Source of the DNA: an uncultured Thermoleophilia bacterium
GTDB taxonomy: Bacteria > Actinomycetota > Thermoleophilia > UBA2241
DNA: 64,000 nucleotides
Assembly: GCA_963739595.1 (NCBI GenBank)
Contig: CAVUBA010000013.1
Span: 335-64,334 of the forward strand
Direction of reading: 5' to 3'
Under the pieces are notes generated by a model. The model did no database searches. It had not been told where the DNA came from and worked only from the letters and a program-made list of their open reading frames with translations. The stretch's first letter is position 1. The number at the start of each line of letters is the position of its first letter. A program made the translations under genes and the position numbers. Below are positions 61,105 through 64,000 of the stretch, piece by piece.

Positions 61105-62924
61105 TCAGGTCCCGACGCGCTTCACCCAGTCCAGCGGATCGTAGTGCGACACGAACGTGTCGCGGAACAGCACCTTGCCCTCCGCATCCTTCACCGTCCG
61201 CTCGACCTTGACGCTGCGGCCGTCGATGCCCTTCTCCCAGCGGATGACGCCCGGGCCGAGGTCGCTGTCGTAGATCACCCTCGGGTTCGACTTGCCGTGC
61301 GCAGGCTTACGAATATCGTAGAAGTCGCTGGTCTTGTACTCGACCGTGCGCCCCGTCTTGCCCACCAGCGCCACCGTGAGCGCGCCGCCGTCGATCCAGC
61401 TGCGGATCATGATGCTCTTGCCGGTGTCGTTCTTGAACTTGAAGTCGGCGCTGCCCCACGACACGGTGGCGTCGCGGCCGATCGGGTAGTGCGAGATGTA
61501 CAGCGAGTGCGCGTCACGCTCCACGATCGGGAGTCCGGCGAAGAACACGGCGTTGAAGAGCGTCGTCGCGTACTGGCAGATGCCGCCGCCGACACCCTGG
61601 CGGAGCACGTTGTCCGAGGCGATGACCGGCGCGTAGTCGAACCCGCGGTTGGCCGTGCGCGGCCCCATCGTGGCGTTGAGCGAGAACGTCTCCCCCGGCT
61701 GGACCACCGCGCCGTCCACCAGCTTGGCCGCGAGCGCGATGTTGCTGGCCCTCGAGACGTTGCGCGGGTCGAAGTAGGTGACGAACTGCGAGCCCAGAGA
61801 AGCGAGCCCCATGCTCTCGACGTCGGCGGTGCTCAGCTTGGGGAACGCCGGCGTGAGCGCGACGAAGATCGTGCGCATCCCGCCGCCGGTGGCGGCGTCG
61901 TCGAGCTCGTCCATGAGCACCGGCATGTCGAGCACCATCCCCGACTGGCTCTGGGTCACGTGCACGGTGCCGTCGTCGTTGACCTCGACGGTGGCGTCCA
62001 CCGGGGGCGTCTCCGCGAACGCGAAGATGCGGTGAAGCTCCTTGGCCGCGTGGTCGTTGTGGAACGTGAGCGGGTACTGGTCGGCGTCGTCACCCTTGTT
62101 GACCGACAGCATGTCGGCCATCTGGGCAGGCGTGAGGGCGACCTCCCTGGAGCGATAGCGCAGCGTGATCGGCCGCGCGAGGTACTCCACCGCGGCCGAG
62201 GCCCGCGCCTCGGCGTCGACGGTGCTCACCTCGGGCGCGACGACCCTGGTCGGGACCGGGCCGGCGTAGCTTCGCCCGGCAGCCAGGGCGCCGAGGACGG
62301 CGCGCTCGAGCGCGACTGCATCCAGTTCGGTCCCTTGCCTCGCCGGCACGACGGCGACGCGCTCGCCGCTGAGCTTGAGCCGCGCGTCCTGCGCCGGCAC
62401 GTCCGTCTGGGCGCGCACGGCCTCGAGGCCCTTCTTGTAGGCGGTCGCATCGACGTGCACGACCGGCGACACCGTCGCTCGTCCCGCCCGGCAGCCAGAC
62501 GCTGAGGCCGAACGGCAGGTCGTGGCGGCCCGCGGCCAGTGGCCGCCGCCGGCCGTCGCCGTCGGCGTCGAGCGCTGATGCCGAGCTGCCGCAGCGTGAG
62601 CGTGAGCGGCCCGTCCTCGCCGGTGTCGAGCTGCACGTGCCGACGCGTGGCAGCTGCCCGTCGACGGCGTCCGCCACGGCGCGCAGCCGCCGTCGGTCGA
62701 GTCCCGCCCAGGGGCACACCGGCGACGGAGACGCCGTCGCCGACGCGGTCCCAGGTGAGCGCCTGCACGGCCACGAACCCGGCGACCGCGAGCACGACGA
62801 TGAGCAGCGCGGTCGCCACCCACACATGGCGGCGGTACCAGGAGCCGAGCCGCCGCAGCGGACCTCGGCGTGAGACGGCGGCGGGCTGCCCGGCCCCGGG
62901 CGAGAGTGCGTCCATACGTTCCAT
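61105..62924 (-). pseudogene. VanW family protein (N-terminal TM); at least 3-4 frame changes in the N-terminal third
   Basis: C-terminal 470 aa in ORF 61105..62823(-) (..GETFSLNATMGPRTANRGFDYAPVI..GGGICQYATTLFNAVFFAGLP..). N-terminus MERMDALS..WYRRHVWVATALLIVVLAVAGFVAV in ORF 62226..62924(-). Intermediate pieces in ORF 62090..63220(-). Frame changes lie between about 62460 and 62700. Confidence 0.75.
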
Positions 62925-62958
62925 TCTACGGCAGCGTTCGCCGCCCGCACCCCGCGTC

Positions 62959-64000
62959 CTACTCGGCGTTCTCCCGGATGACGCCGCGGACGACCTCGAG
63001 GAAGCTCTCCGCGAGGCGCTCGGAGTCCTGGCGGTCGGCCCCTTCGGCGTACACGTGGAAGACCGGCTCGTCGGCGTCGGGAAGCAGCTGCACCCAGCCG
63101 TCGTCGCGACGCAGCTGGATGCCGTCCACCATGCCGATCTCGGCGTCGCTCGACGCGGCCTCGCGCTGCAGGTGCTCGGTGGCCGTGCGCATGACGGTGC
63201 CCTTGAGCGCCCACGGGCACGCCACCGTCTTGTGGACGAGCGTGCTGACCGGGATCTCCTTGAGCTGCTCGCTGAGCGGCCGCGCCTGTGGCGCCAGCAG
63301 CTCGAGCAGCTTGCCCAGGCTCATGACGGCGTCGAACGCCGGCAGGAACCGCGGGAAGATGTAGCCGCCGCCGAGAGAGCCGGCGAAGACGACGTCCTCC
63401 TCCGTCGACGAGAGCGCGAGGGCGGGCAACGAGACCTTGGTGCGCACGACCTCGACGCCGAACGGCTCGGCAAGCTCCTCCGCGAGGTGCGTGACCGTGA
63501 GCGGCAGGACGACCTTGTCGCCGCGCGACGCGTGCTGCGCCACGAGCTTGACGTACAGCAGCAGCGCCTTCTCGAGCGGCACCTCGGCGCCGGTGTCGTC
63601 GACGATGTACAGCCGCTCCGCGCCGGGGCCGATGACGAGCCCGAGGTCGGCCTCCATGGTCCGCACCAGGCGCTGGACCTCCTGGATGTTCGCGCCGAGC
63701 TCCTCCGCGCCCATGCTGACGTGGTTCTGCTCGTTGAAGGCGCGCACCGAGAGCACCTCGGCGCCGAGGTTGCCGAGCAGGTAGGGCAGCGTCAGCGACG
63801 CCGGCGAGTACGAGTAGTCGATCACGAGCCGGTAGGCGCGGCTGTGGATGCGCTCCACGTCCCAGGACCTGAGCAGGCCGCGCACGTACGTCTCCATGGC
63901 CCTGTCCGGGAACTGGAGCTCCCCGAACTCGCTGTAGAAGGCGCGGCGGAAGTCCTGGCGGCCGTAGTACTTCTCGATGTCCTTCTGGCGCGACTCGCTG
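62959..64000 (-). CDS. phosphoglucomutase/phosphomannomutase-family protein, C-terminal part (gene continues beyond the window)
   Basis: ORF 62959..63897(-). The frame stays open upstream to 64000 (..SRQKDIEKYYGRQDFRRAFYSEFGELQFPDRAMETYV..). Alpha-D-phosphohexomutase domain II-IV-like blocks (GLVIGPGAERLYIVDDTG, GGYIFPRF). Confidence 0.65.
   Translation of the reverse strand, partial: SESRQKDIEKYYGRQDFRRAFYSEFGELQFPDRAMETYVRGLLRSWDVERIHSRAYRLVIDYSYSPASLTLPYLLGNLGAEVLSVRAFNEQNHVSMGAEELGANIQEVQRLVRTMEADLGLVIGPGAERLYIVDDTGAEVPLEKALLLYVKLVAQHASRGDKVVLPLTVTHLAEELAEPFGVEVVRTKVSLPALALSSTEEDVVFAGSLGGGYIFPRFLPAFDAVMSLGKLLELLAPQARPLSEQLKEIPVSTLVHKTVACPWALKGTVMRTATEHLQREAASSDAEIGMVDGIQLRRDDGWVQLLPDADEPVFHVYAEGADRQDSERLAESFLEVVRGVIRENAE

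Overview
High-GC (roughly 70%) chromosomal core segment. I support about 60 protein genes and found no rRNA, tRNA, CRISPR array or mobile element.

Gene order on the + strand:
- A partial catabolic cluster (1-5956): proline-racemase-superfamily enzyme, BKACE/DUF849, class III aminotransferase, MttB-superfamily methyltransferase, class I aminotransferase.
- pyrR-pyrB-pyrC-carA-carB-pyrK-pyrD, preceded by a PyrR attenuator.
- mihF-gmk-rpoZ-coaBC-HD-TPR.
- rimP-nusA-ylxR-infB-DUF503-rbfA-nrnA-truB-ribF-rpsO-pnp-M16 peptidase-dapB-dapA-rnj-ftsK-rodZ-like-yajQ-rimO-pgsA-cinA-thpR-recA-recX-rny-miaB-(LigB-like)-(AMMECR1)-miaA-dapF-dapL-hflX-dut-NUDIX.

Minus-strand blocks are lemA-htpX, a four-CxxC orphan, PATAN/DUF4388-RsiG-like-FHA-MerR-apt, a VanW gene and a partial phosphomannomutase-family gene. 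A divergent mglB-mglA pair sits next to the PATAN gene.

The synteny is mycobacteria-like, but the window also carries RNase Y, PyrK/PyrD type 1B, DapL and MglAB. I infer a deep-branching Actinomycetota lineage (Thermoleophilia/Rubrobacteria-like).

Major caveat: roughly 35-45 single-base frame changes interrupt otherwise well-conserved genes, including essential ones, and they cluster strongly. They most likely reflect uncorrected indel errors. Several ORF-track fusions and splits are therefore artefacts.

Most interesting observations:
1. A PATAN / RsiG-like (near-canonical c-di-GMP-binding motif) / MglB / MglA neighbourhood, placed beside the conserved FHA-MerR pair.
2. A promoter-to-terminator structured RNA of about 235 nt immediately upstream of rny.
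3. LigB-like and AMMECR1 genes translationally coupled between miaB and miaA.
4. An MttB-family methyltransferase embedded in a hydroxyproline/betaine-like catabolic cluster, with a perfect 20-bp palindromic operator candidate.
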